From Mantamonas sphyraenae STR306 (lineage: Eukaryota; Protista; CRuMs): DNA of 64,000 nucleotides. The DNA lies in NCBI GenBank assembly GCA_026936335.1, contig JAPMXV010000043.1, positions 434,001-498,000 of the forward strand. The letters are read 5' to 3'. The position numbers and the translations under genes were made by a program. The notes under the pieces are model-generated. The model was given only the letters and a program-made list of their open reading frames with translations. It made no database searches and was not told where the DNA came from. Below are positions 45,930 to 57,400 of this stretch, one piece after another (position 1 is the stretch's first letter; each line of letters starts with the position of its first letter).

Positions 45930-48900
45930 TCACGCAATTGCACTGGCCAGCTCGTGGCTGACAAACTCGTCTTCGCTGCGGATGCCGAGCTCGAGATGCA
46001 CGCCTCCGTTCTGCTGGTCGAGAATCAAGCGAGCGCGCACCAGCACGGCCACATTACCCACAAACAGGCCCGAAAGCAGCAGCACGTGCGCCGCCTTGCC
46101 GTTGTCCGCGTCCACCTTGTTGGTGTGGTCCACGGGCTCCATGCCGAGGAACGTGACGATCGAACTGATTGCCTCTTTCAGGCTCTTCATCGTCGCCAGG
46201 TAGAACGTCTCCACCACCTGGTTTTCCTCGCCCACTGTGTCCCACGCCGCCTTGAAGTTGGACACATACGTGCCCTGCATGTAGTCGCTTGTGCTCACCT
46301 CGACGGCCTCAAGCACAAACTCGTCTTCAAAGCCCTCCTCGCTCTCCACCTCGCCCGTCTCAGGGTCCACGTCCTTGACGTCGAAGCGCAGCAGACAGTC
46401 GAATGCTGTCACCGGGAACGTGCCTGCGGCACGCTCCATGGCCACAAAGCACACGCCTGGCGTGTCGTACGGCAGCTTGGCAAGCGGCACGCGCGCAACC
46501 TCCTCAAAGCCGCCTTCCACTCCCATCAGCTCGCTGTCCATCTTCACAGTCACCTTTTCCAGCAGCGCGTCCGGCAGTGTGTTGGTCACGTTGAACTGGA
46601 ACACGATGTGCTCGTCAAACACATGCTTCACGCACGTCACAGGGTATTCCGTCTCGGGCTCGCTCAGCTCCACCTCCTTTGACGAGCTGAAAAGCGGGCC
46701 GAATGACGCAAACTCTGGAATGCTCTTGAGCGACTCGGCGTAGAGTGACTCGCGCGCCACTGCGCCCGAGCTTCCTCCTGCGCCGCTGCTGCTTCCGCTT
46801 CCTCCGCCGCGTCCGCCGCCGCTGCTGCTGCTGCTGCTGCCTCCACGTGCACTGCCCCCCTTGGCCAGTGCCTCCTGCGCAAGCTCTGCGTCGATAGCGC
46901 GAACTGCACTCAGGTCAAACGCCTCTGTGGTGGGGTGCTGCAGGTATGTGCTCAGGGCCAACTCCAGGCCTTTCAGCGACGCAGGCAGCGTGTTGAGCAC
47001 CAGCTTCTCCTGCTCTTCCTGGGCCTGGTTGCTCAGCACGGACAGGTAGTATGCGGCACGGTCACGCACCTCGTCGTCCGAGTCCAGCAGCGAGCGCTGG
47101 AGCAGAACCACAATGGACGGCCGCAGTGTCTCCACCTGCACGCCAAACTTGGCCAGGGCTGTCACGGCGCTTGCGCGCACCGCGCTCTTTTCCAGAATCA
47201 CGCGGTTGTAGATGTATCGGATGTACTTGTGCGGCGCCGTCGTGGAAGGACCCACGCGACCCAGCAGGTTCAGGATGAACGTAGACAGGCTGGTAAACTC
47301 GCAATCCTCAATAAACTCGCACAGGTGCGACAGCGCCGTGTCCTTGCACTCCGGGATCGAGTCCATCAGGAAGCAAATTGTGTTGACAATCGCTCGCTTG
47401 TACTCAAACCCGCCCTCGTCACGCAGAGCAGACGACAGGAAGCTCAGCAGCGTTCTGTGCTTTTGGGGATACTTGAGGCACAGCGACTGGATGGCCTCCA
47501 CCACCAGGATCTTAAACTCGTCCGCGATCTCGCTCATAAAGTTGGAGATTTGCTTCATCAGGTGGTCGATCGACGCCTCCGAGCCCGTCTTGAGCAGCGT
47601 CGAGATGGCCAGCGTGGCAATGCTCCTGTTGGAATCCATAATTAGATTCTCCAGGTCCAGATTGCATGCACTCACGCTCAGCGCGTTGTTCTGCGCCACC
47701 GTGTTCAGCGTGCGCACCGCCGCGAACCGCAGCGTCGGCTTGGGAGACGACAGAAACAGCTGCAGTACAGTGATGGCTGGCGTCAGGTCGCGTGCAGAGA
47801 TGTTGGGCAGCGCACACATTGCGCGTGCAGCCTCGTAGATCACCATTTCCGAGCGGTTGCGCAGACACGACTCCAGGTATTCGTAAATTGCTCGCACCTC
47901 GCTGTACATGGTCCGAAAGTGGGGGGGGGACAGGTGGTGGTGGGGGAGAGAGACGTGGGTCAGTTGCGGCGCAATGGGCGTGCCTTGCGTGTGCTGTGCC
48001 CTGCGTGCACACACGGCGAGTCGTGGCGACAAATGCGCCAAAAATGCGCGGGGTGTGCTCTCTTTTTCGTCTCGCGCACGTTCTCAGAATGTGCGAGTTT
48101 TGGCTGTTGCACATGTCAAGTCATCACGAGGGCATCTTTGGCCCTACAATATGACTGGGGCGACAAAAAGAATTCATCACAGACGCGCGCGAGAGCGAAG
48201 AAAAGAGCGTGGGAGGGGAAAACCCAAAAGCAAAACTCACCTCGAGTCGCTGAGGCTGGGAATGACCTCCACTGCATAGCGGATGAGCAGACAGTGTGCA
48301 TATGGCGAACGGATGGTGTACTTGAGGTTGTTGACCAGCTTGGCAAGCGCCACCTTGTCGTGTTTCTTGATCTGAGAGGGCCGGAAACGAGCAGAGAGGG
48401 TCAGGAAAACGCCGAAACCCCGGCAGACACACGCCGCGCGCACACACGGGCCACACACGCACATACGCTCACCCACACACAACTCACCATCTTGAGCAGG
48501 CCCAGCGCGTGGTACTGCAACATGTCACTCTTGCTGACGACGGCCTCCTGGACTTCAGAGACCCAGCGGCGGATGACGTCGCTGTTTTCACGATGCAAGT
48601 GGACGGCGGTGACCACGGCCGCGCTGGCCACAAACGGGTCCTGGTTGACCACCCCCTGTTTGAGGTAGCGCTCCACGCCCGAAATCATGGAAGAGTCGAT
48701 AATTGTACAGAGGACTCGCATGGCATTGGCCTGATACAGCGTTTCCGAGCTTGCAATGTCTTTGCAGAGGGACGACGTGATGATCAGCGCGTCCTCCACC
48801 AGCGGCTGCAGCTCCTTCAGCACGAGATACACCATGCGCCGCAGCATAGGGTCCTTGGCCTGGAACAGCTTCGTGATGCCAAAGAACAGATTGGTCGCCT

Positions 48901-49090
48901 CGTTCGGCGTAAACTGCTGCGTGCCGCTGTGAATCACCCACAGGATCTTTACAAGCAGCGTCGAGCAGTCCCTCGGGCTGATCTGCTGCAGCGAGAACAC
49001 CTTGCTCTGCTGCAACACTGTGCCCTTGTCCAGCCCATGGAACGGAGACACATGGCCCTCCCCCTCAAAATGGTGTGAGGACGACGACAT
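45930..49090 (-). CDS. COPG: Coatomer subunit gamma. Exons 49090-48488, 48371-48241, 47901-45930
   Basis: LFFGITKLFQ, LRRMVYLVLKEL, QYHALGLL, LRFAAVRTLN, DEGGFEYK, HLCEFIEDCEF and the appendage ELSEPETEYPVTCVKH. Confidence 0.96.
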
Positions 49091-49252
49091 TGGTGTGTGT
49101 GACGAAAGCTTGCGTCCGACGGGGCATCCCTCCAGCGTGTGACCTGACCCGTCCCGTTGCTGCCCACTTCCCCCCCTCCCCCTCCCCCGGTTCAGCAAGA
49201 TCCCCGGGCGTCCCTCTCCCAACGCAAAACACCAATACCGTCGAGCAGCAAC

Positions 49253-50224
49253 ATGTCGTCGTCGAGCACACTCGGAGCCGCACCCATTTCGCGGCCCATG
49301 GTGATTGGCGTGTGCGGGGCCACCAACTCGGGCAAAACCACGCTTACGCGCACTCTGTACACCCACTACCGCTCTTTGACACAGCACTTTGTCCTGTACA
49401 TAGACGACTACTTTGACGTCACGACGGTGCGCATGAACTGCGGCGACTGGGAGACCGCAGACAACATCGATTTGGAGCTGCTTGTGCAACAACTCACCGC
49501 ATGTATTTACCAACGTGACGCGGCCACTCAATTCAAGGGCCAACAGTCCATGGTGGTCAATTCCTGCTGCGACAAGAGCCTCTCCCTCCCGTCTCGGCTC
49601 GAGGCACAGACCCTGGCCACCCTGGCCACCCTGGCCTCCGACGATCTCCATGAACACGACAATGGCATGGAAACAGACACAGACACAGACTCGGACACTG
49701 CCGTCTCTGACGAGGCAGATGCAGATACAGACACAGAAGCAGACACCGACGCCCTCACCCTCGACGTGTCCCTGTCCTTGTCCCCATCGGGCAACTCCTC
49801 CTCCTCCTCCTCCTCTGCACCCGCCGGTGTCCAACACACCTCATCGTCCGCTTCTTTTGGCCCTCAGCCCTCGCAATCGTTGAGCAACGGCCTGCCGTCC
49901 AACAGCATCCTCTTTGTCGAGGGCTTTGTCCTCTTCCACTTTCCCGAGGTGCGCCAGCTGCTCGACCACATGCTCTACATCGACGTCACAAAGGACACGT
50001 GTCGCCTGCGTCGCTATGGGGCCCAGCCCACGCGCAGTCAGCTCGACTACTTCGACTCCTGCATCTGGCCCGCTCACCTTGCCGCAAACAACATGCAGGA
50101 GTTGAAGAAAGACCCTCGTCTCGTCATCATCAACGGTCAACAGAGCAAACAGGAGGTTGCCGAGCAGACAATGGCGCTCATCGACGGCTGGCTCCAGGAA
50201 AGGGAAGCCGGCAGCAGCCTGTGA
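49253..50224 (+). CDS. Nicotinamide riboside kinase (NRK/NMRK)-like P-loop kinase with an acidic insertion
   Basis: VIGVCGATNSGKTT (Walker A), IDDYF, DWETADNID, ILFVEGFVLF, CRLRR and YFDSCIWP. Confidence 0.85.
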   Translation: MSSSSTLGAAPISRPMVIGVCGATNSGKTTLTRTLYTHYRSLTQHFVLYIDDYFDVTTVRMNCGDWETADNIDLELLVQQLTACIYQRDAATQFKGQQSMVVNSCCDKSLSLPSRLEAQTLATLATLASDDLHEHDNGMETDTDTDSDTAVSDEADADTDTEADTDALTLDVSLSLSPSGNSSSSSSSAPAGVQHTSSSASFGPQPSQSLSNGLPSNSILFVEGFVLFHFPEVRQLLDHMLYIDVTKDTCRLRRYGAQPTRSQLDYFDSCIWPAHLAANNMQELKKDPRLVIINGQQSKQEVAEQTMALIDGWLQEREAGSSL

Positions 50225-50270
50225 AAAACCCGCCGCGCCGCCGCACAAAAACAATCCTCGCCACACCGGA

Positions 50271-51440
50271 ATGAAGCTTTCCCTTCTCACCATCAGCCTG
50301 ACGCTGTGTGTGGCCACCGTCCTTGTGTGCAGCCACACTGTCCACGCCGAGGACGACCCGCTGGCCGAAAGCCGCGCCCTGTTTGCTCAGTGGAAGATGG
50401 TCCACGAGCGCAGCTACGCCTCCCATGCCGAGGAGCACATGCGCCTGCGCATCTTTCACGCCAACCGCGCCCTGGTCGCCGAACTCAACGCCGACCACAC
50501 CACCGGTGCCACCAACGGCATCTGGGGTCCCTTCATGGACATGAGTCCACGCGAGTTTTCCGAAACTGTGCTCATGCGCAAGCACCGCGCAGGCCACCCA
50601 GACAACGCCTTCCGCATCATTGGCGACGACGCAGCCGACGCCACCGATGCCGCCCTGGCCGGTGATTTGCCCGAGCACTTTGATTGGACGTCGCACAGCC
50701 CGTCGCCCGTCTCACCCATCAGCAACCAGGGCAGCGCCGGCTCCTGCTGGGCCTTTTCCACCAAAGAGGCCATCGAAGGAGCATGGGCCATGAAGCACCA
50801 GCAGAACGCCCTCTCCCTGTCTGCCGAGGCTGTCGTGGAGTGCTCCCACGCAAACTGCGGCGTCTTTGGCGGCTACCCGTCCCGCGCCTACGTCGACGTC
50901 ATTGCCATGGGTGGCCTGCCCCTGGAGAAGGACTACCCGTACTGCTCCGGTGGCGGCACCAAGGACGTGCCCGCCTGCTATCCGTGCATGAGCAACAACA
51001 CGGGCGTCAACGGCCTGCCCAGGATTCAGTGCGGCCCTGGCCCGGATTACTGCAAGCGCCAGTGCCCACTGGGAACCAACAGCACCTCCTGGTCCGTCGC
51101 TGCCAAGATTTCCTCCTGGAGTGCAATCAGCACCAACGAGACCACCATCCAGTCCGAGCTCATGCAACGCGGGCCGCTTTCCACCCTCCTCGATGCAGAG
51201 ATGCTGCAGTTCTACCACCACGGTGTGTTTGAACCCCACAGCTGCAACTCCAAGGATCTGGACCACGCCGTCCTCATCGTCGGCTGGGGCGTGGACAAGA
51301 CTATTTTCGGCGACGAGAAGCCCTACTGGATCATCAAGAACAGCTGGGGCACCAAGTGGGGCCTGGATGGTTTCTTCTGGATTCGACGCAACAAGGGCAT
51401 GTGTGGCATCAACACCACCGTCACTGCAGCCAACGTTTGA
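50271..51440 (+). CDS. Papain-family (C1A) cysteine protease with I29 propeptide
   Basis: Signal peptide, ERFNIN-like EEHMRLRIFHAN, LPEHFDW, NQGSAGSCWAFS (catalytic Cys), LDHAVLIVGWG (His) and YWIIKNSWG (Asn). Confidence 0.96.
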   Translation: MKLSLLTISLTLCVATVLVCSHTVHAEDDPLAESRALFAQWKMVHERSYASHAEEHMRLRIFHANRALVAELNADHTTGATNGIWGPFMDMSPREFSETVLMRKHRAGHPDNAFRIIGDDAADATDAALAGDLPEHFDWTSHSPSPVSPISNQGSAGSCWAFSTKEAIEGAWAMKHQQNALSLSAEAVVECSHANCGVFGGYPSRAYVDVIAMGGLPLEKDYPYCSGGGTKDVPACYPCMSNNTGVNGLPRIQCGPGPDYCKRQCPLGTNSTSWSVAAKISSWSAISTNETTIQSELMQRGPLSTLLDAEMLQFYHHGVFEPHSCNSKDLDHAVLIVGWGVDKTIFGDEKPYWIIKNSWGTKWGLDGFFWIRRNKGMCGINTTVTAANV

Positions 51441-51463
51441 CCAATGCAAATGCATTCCCCCTT

Positions 51464-54400
51464 TCACCTCCTCGTTCCGCCCTGACCTCCCAGCTCGGGC
51501 AGCTTGCGGTTCGGATTCAACGTCCCTCGCATGCTTAGCGTTCCACTGCCGCCTCCACTGTTGCTGTTGGCCGCCACAGGCGATCCTTGCACAGTCCAGG
51601 CGCTCGCACTCCCTTTGCGCTGCCGCTCCGTCGACGCCCCCAAGATGCTCCGACGCGTCTGCATGGTCCGGAACGATTGGTTCTTGGGCGTGCTCACCGT
51701 TGCACTGGCCTTGTCTTTGCGCATGCTGAGTGCGTATGCCTCCTGCATGGACGATGACCGCCGTGCCACGCTGTTGCTTGCAAAGTACTCTCGCACAAGT
51801 TCTCCATCCATCGTACGCAGCCCCATACCGCGCAATCCTTCTTCCGCCTCGTCTCCTTCCCCACCGCCCTGGCCACGCACACTCCGCGGCGACCGTCCGC
51901 GCCCGTGTCCGCTCCCCGTCCGTGGTTTCATCGGCGTGTGTGCACTCGGGACGCTGCTGTGTCCCTGTCCACCCACTCCTTTGTGCCCCGTGCCTGCAAC
52001 TGAAAACTCAATCACTGCCTCGTTTGGTCCCTTTTGCATGCCACTTAGAGCCACATGCTCCATCCCACGCCTCGTGTCCCGCTCACTCTCCCGTCGTCGT
52101 TGCTGCAACGCCGCACGCTGTCGCCTCAGCTCCATCAGCGACGCCTTCATCTCCTCTTCCGTCATTCCATCCTCGCTGTCACTCTCACTGCTACTGCTGC
52201 TGCTACTGCTGCTGCTACTGCTCGACGATCCACTGCTGCTCGACCCACTCATTGCCGCCGCTGCACCCTCGTCCACATACTCGTTCGGCACCGCACCACC
52301 CATCCCTCGCTTCATCCTCTTCTTGCGCAATCGTCGCAACTGTGCTGCCTGCCGCTCCAGCTCCAAGCGCTCCATGTCAAACCCTGCTGCCGGTCCTCCG
52401 CTCGATCGCCGTCCCTCCACCGTAAGTGTGCTGTGTGCTCCTCCACCACCATTTGCCAATGACCGTGCCATGCCCGTCAGCGAGCCTCGCAGACGTCCTC
52501 CACGTCGCCCTGTGCTCATACTGCGCACAAATCGGTTGGACGGACGCCTCGCTCCTTGGTGCCCCTCTTCGCCACTCACACGCAGCTGAGCCTCCTCCAA
52601 CTGCGCGTACGCGTCTGCATCCATCGGATTCACCTTTCCGCGTTGCTGTTCCTCCAGCGACGGCGACGATTGCATCACCACGTGACCGCTGCGGTAGTAT
52701 GCGTCTTCAAACTGCTTCCTCTCCATCGCATGCTGCCGCGCCAGCTGTGTGCCCTGCGTCAGTGATGTCTTGCGCACGCGCCCACGGCCGGATCCTCCTC
52801 CGTCGCTTCCACCGCTGTCTTCGCCCCCACTCAGGCTTCCGCCGCCGCCGCCGCCACCACGGTTTCCCTGTCGTAGGTAGTACAGCTTTGCTTGCAAGTC
52901 CGGTTCGTTGCGAATCATCTTGCGCACATTGCGCCACTCTGACGACCGTTGTGACAGGCCGTACAAGCCCATCGGATCCACCGTCTTGGTCAACCGGTAT
53001 CCTGAGCCGTCTTCGCGTCGCTGCTTGCTCACCACCACCAGCCGTCCAAACTCGTCCACTGCAATCCGAGACTGCTGCTGCTGCGACACTCCCCCTTCGC
53101 CCCCGCTGCTTGCCGACCCTCGTGACCCAGGACGCACACGCACTCGCCCACGATCCACTTTGCTCCCACTGCTTTGCATCCCTCGTCCCTGCAGCCCGTC
53201 CCTTCCTTCCATCCCTTCCTCCTCCGCCACGTAGCTGTTGCTGCGGTACGTCGTGCCGTATCGAGACGCATATTCTCGATCCGACACATGTCGACGTCCG
53301 CGCCCACCGCCACCGCCACCACGCCCTCGCCCTCCGCGCCTACCCACCCTCACTTCCCTCTCCTCGCTCACGTCAACCTCATCTGCAAACTTGACGCTGT
53401 GTTGGCTCGCATGACGTCGCATTCTCTCGTTGTTCGGCGACCCTGCGCTGCGCACCGCACTCCGCAGCGGCCTTCCTTCCGCTTCGCTGCCACTGCTGCC
53501 ACTGCTGCTACTGCCAAACATGAGCTCCCCACGCGATCGCGACCTTGAGCGAGACCGGGATCGAGCGCGCTCTTCCAACTCGACCTGTGATGCACGCGAC
53601 GACGCACGTCGCTCCTCACGCACGCGCGCACGCTCCTCCGTGGCCAGATAGATCTCCATCGGCGACGTTGAACGTGCGCCGTGCCATCGCAGCACGCCAT
53701 TCGGCGACGACGGATGCCGAGCGTACCCTTGCTGCGACGATGGCCGTCCATACAACTCCGCCTGCATGTCCATCACTTCCTGCATGCGCGGCATGGAGCT
53801 CATACTGCGTGCAGTCCTCATTGCTCGCCCCATTCCCGTCGCCTGTCCCCCGTGCCGCGCTTCCCACTCCTCCATCAGCTCCTTCGCGCTGTTCCCTTTC
53901 ACTCTGTCGTCCCACAGCACACGCTGCTGTTGGCTTTGTCCCTGCCTCACTCTGCGTGGTGATACGTCTTCGCTCTCGTCGGCTGCATCCATGTCGTCGT
54001 CGACAACCATGGACGCCTCACGACGTCGCCGGCGACGCCGCTTCCGCTTCTTCTTCCTGCCCTTCTTTGGTTCCACGTCGCCCAATCCACGACGGCGCAG
54101 ACCGCGGTGCATGTCACTCGACGCCGTCGACTGAGCGTAGCTGGGTCCCGCTGCCCGTCGCCGTGAGTCTCCTCGCGATGGCAGCCCACGATGAAGCCTG
54201 CCGTTTGCGTCCTCCTTGGCTGCATTCGCCGCCTCATCTTCTTCCCGTTGCAGCATCATCTTGTCCAGCGTGTCCTGCAACGAGTCGCCTGGTTCAACCA
54301 CCACGTGCACACGCCTCTTTCCCGCATCTGCGTCTTCCTCCTCTCCATCGCCTTCCTCCATCCCAGCCATCCCCATCGGCGTCGACTGTCTGCGTTTGCC

Positions 54401-57400
54401 CTCGTCTCCATCTGCGTTTCCCTCCCACTTGCCGCTCATCACCATTTCCAGTGCACTCATCCCGCCTTCCTCCCCGTCACGGCGGAGACTTGCGGCTCGT
54501 GCACGCCGCTGTGCCAATCGCAATTGGTTCAGCCGCTCTCGTGCTGCTTCCTCTTGCTTCGACCGCCGTGAAGCCTCATCTGCGCTCGCCTCGCCCTCTC
54601 CCCTCACCTCTCCTTCCAGCTGCATCTGCAACGCCGCCAGTTCCGCCAGTTCCTTCTCATCCAAACCAGCCGCAGGCGCATCGTCGTCCAATGCCCCGCC
54701 AAGCGTGCCACCTGTTTCTTCTCCTTCCCGCTTGCTCCCTCCTGTCTTGCCTGCCTTTGCCTTTTGCTTTTGCTGGATGAATCCGGGCAGTTGCAGCGCA
54801 AACTCCTTCTCATCCACCACCTGCCCAGGTGGACGCTCCCCCATGGCCTTGGGTACATCTGGCAGCGAAAGGTCGCGTTCGCCACCCCGCTTTCCCGCAC
54901 TCGCCACCGGCGCATGTTTCGCCAGATCGTTCTCGAATTTGGATACCATCTCGTACCCCTCACTGCCATCGTAGTACTTGCTCACCTCCTCCTTCACGGT
55001 CTCCAACCTCTCCTCCTCCTCAAACTTGCGCGCCTTGGCCTTCCGTTCCGCCTCTCGTCGCGTCAGTCGCGACTTTGGCGACAGCGACTCGTCGTCGTCC
55101 GTCGAGAGGCCATCTTCGTCGCTGCTCAGCCCCTCCACGTCTCCCAGCTGCCTGGCCCGCGCTGCGGCCTCACGTTCTTCCAATTCCTTGATGCGCTTCT
55201 TCTCGGCTAGCCGCTGCTGGTACTCTTCCAGCATCTTCTTGCGGATTGCCTTCATCTCTTCCGTCGCTTTGATTTCCTCCTGCAGCTTGGCCATCTCGCG
55301 CTGCTCCCGCTTCATCTGGAATGTCAGGCGGTGACGCATGCGCAGCAGGTCGTCGTTCACCTTGCCCTCGTCGTCATCGTTGCCCGACTTGGCCTTGCTC
55401 CTCTGTGCACGTCCATATGCCGTCACAGGCCGCATCAGCTCCTCCACATCGTCCACCACCTCGATACGCGCTTCTTGTCGCTGGTCCACCTCGTTGATAA
55501 ACTTGTTCTCCCGCACCACGCCCATGCGCCTTGTGCGCCCGTACAGCGACGCGGGAAGGTACTTTGCGCCGTGGATCACAAACACATCGTAGCCAATGCC
55601 CACTGCCACGTCTCCCAGTGGCGACACAAATGTTGCCGACGTGCAAGGCTCGTCCAGCACAATGTCTCGCACCAGGTTGCCCTCGTTGTTCCAAAACTTG
55701 ATCGTGCCATCCTTGCTCGCTGTCATGAACAGCGACAGCTCGGGCAGGTATTCTACAGAGTGCACCAAGCCGTGGTGGTCCCGTTCCACCTCGATGACCT
55801 CGCCGTCCACTGTGTACATCTCGAGTGCTCCGTCGCTGCGTCCGCACATAATGTGTCCCCGCTGCAGGCACAACGCTGTGTACGTCACCTCTTGGTTCTT
55901 CATCACGTCGCGCTGGCCCACTCGGATGGTGTTGACCAGGCGCCACGTCAGCAGGTCGTAGATGCGCAGGTACGAGGCGCCCGCCTTGTTGATGCTTCGG
56001 CTGTAGCAAAGGAACCAGTCGTGTGTGCTGTCGTAGCACACTTTTTCCACGGCCACGCCTCGCTCCAGCTCCAAGACATTGTACGGCACCCCTTGTTCGT
56101 ACCGATGCATGTCCCACAGCAGCAGCTCGCCCAGCCGCGTGCCCACGAGCAGCAAATCCCACGGTTCGCCCACGTCGAGCACGTGCTCGTAGGTCTCTCC
56201 ACACGGAGGCGGAAGTGATGTCTCGATGAGCATCATGCACGTCACGTGGTCGTGCTGGTTGGTCACCAGCGAATGGCGCCCTAACCGCTTCATCGGCTGC
56301 TTCAGTGCGTCAAACACATACACTTGGTTGTTCTGCATCAACGTGAACATCCGGTTTGTCTGGGGGCTGTGCACAAGCTCCAGCACCTCCATTTGCATGG
56401 GTAGGATGGTGCTGAGCACGCGTCCGTCCACCCCGCTCAGCAGGCACACGCTCGAATCCTCTGCAAGGGTCACCAGACGCGACACCTCGTTCACAGGCTC
56501 ACTCAGGCTCACCTTTGTGATCTTGGCTCGCGAGGAGCTGAAGAACGACGGCACTCTGTTCAAGTGCCACAGTTCCACACGATCGCGGCCCTGCAATGCC
56601 ATGTGCGCGCTGTTTGCGCCCAGAATCTCCATGCCATACAGCGGCATGCCCACGTTGCAGCGGTACACCTCGCGAGACGTGTCTACGTGCCACACACGCA
56701 CCGTGCTGTCCTCGCTGGCGCTGAGAAGCAGCCCAAGCTCCGGGTGTTGGCCCACTGCGTGCACTGGCGCCGTGTGGCCCGAAAACAGGCCCACTTGGAA
56801 AAAGTTGGCGTCCCACAGGCAGATGGTGCTGTCCTTTGACGCCGTGATGTAGTAGCCGTAGCGCTGGTGGAACTTGAAAACCGTGATTGTCAGCGAGTGC
56901 AGGTGGTGGATCGTTTGCCGGAATTCGTAGTTGTGGCAGTTGTACACATGCACCAAATTGTCCACGACCGCATACAGCATCTGATGTTGCTCGTGCAGAA
57001 ATAAAATGGTCACCCAGTGTTCGCGCGGGTTGTCGATGCCCCCTTCCCCGCTTCCGTGGATTTCCACGCGGTGCAACAGCTCCAACGACACCTTGTGCGT
57101 GCTCTCTTGCAGTTGACGCGCGTCGGACACTTCCACGTGGAAACGCCACACCATCACGTCTGTGGATCCCGTGATCAGCTCGCTCTTTTCCGCGTTGAAG
57201 GCGATGCTCACCGCGCCTGGGTGTTCGTAGTGCTTGTTGTCCAGCGAGCGCAGCAGACGCCAGTTGTTGTCGTACGTCTGGATCAAGCTGTTGTGTGTGA
57301 TCACAAAGTACAAATCCAGCGTCGGTTCGTGGTGCACACACCGGAAGCTTGGCGTAAAAATGTACGAGTTGATGTCTTCCGTTTCGTCAACACCGAGTTC

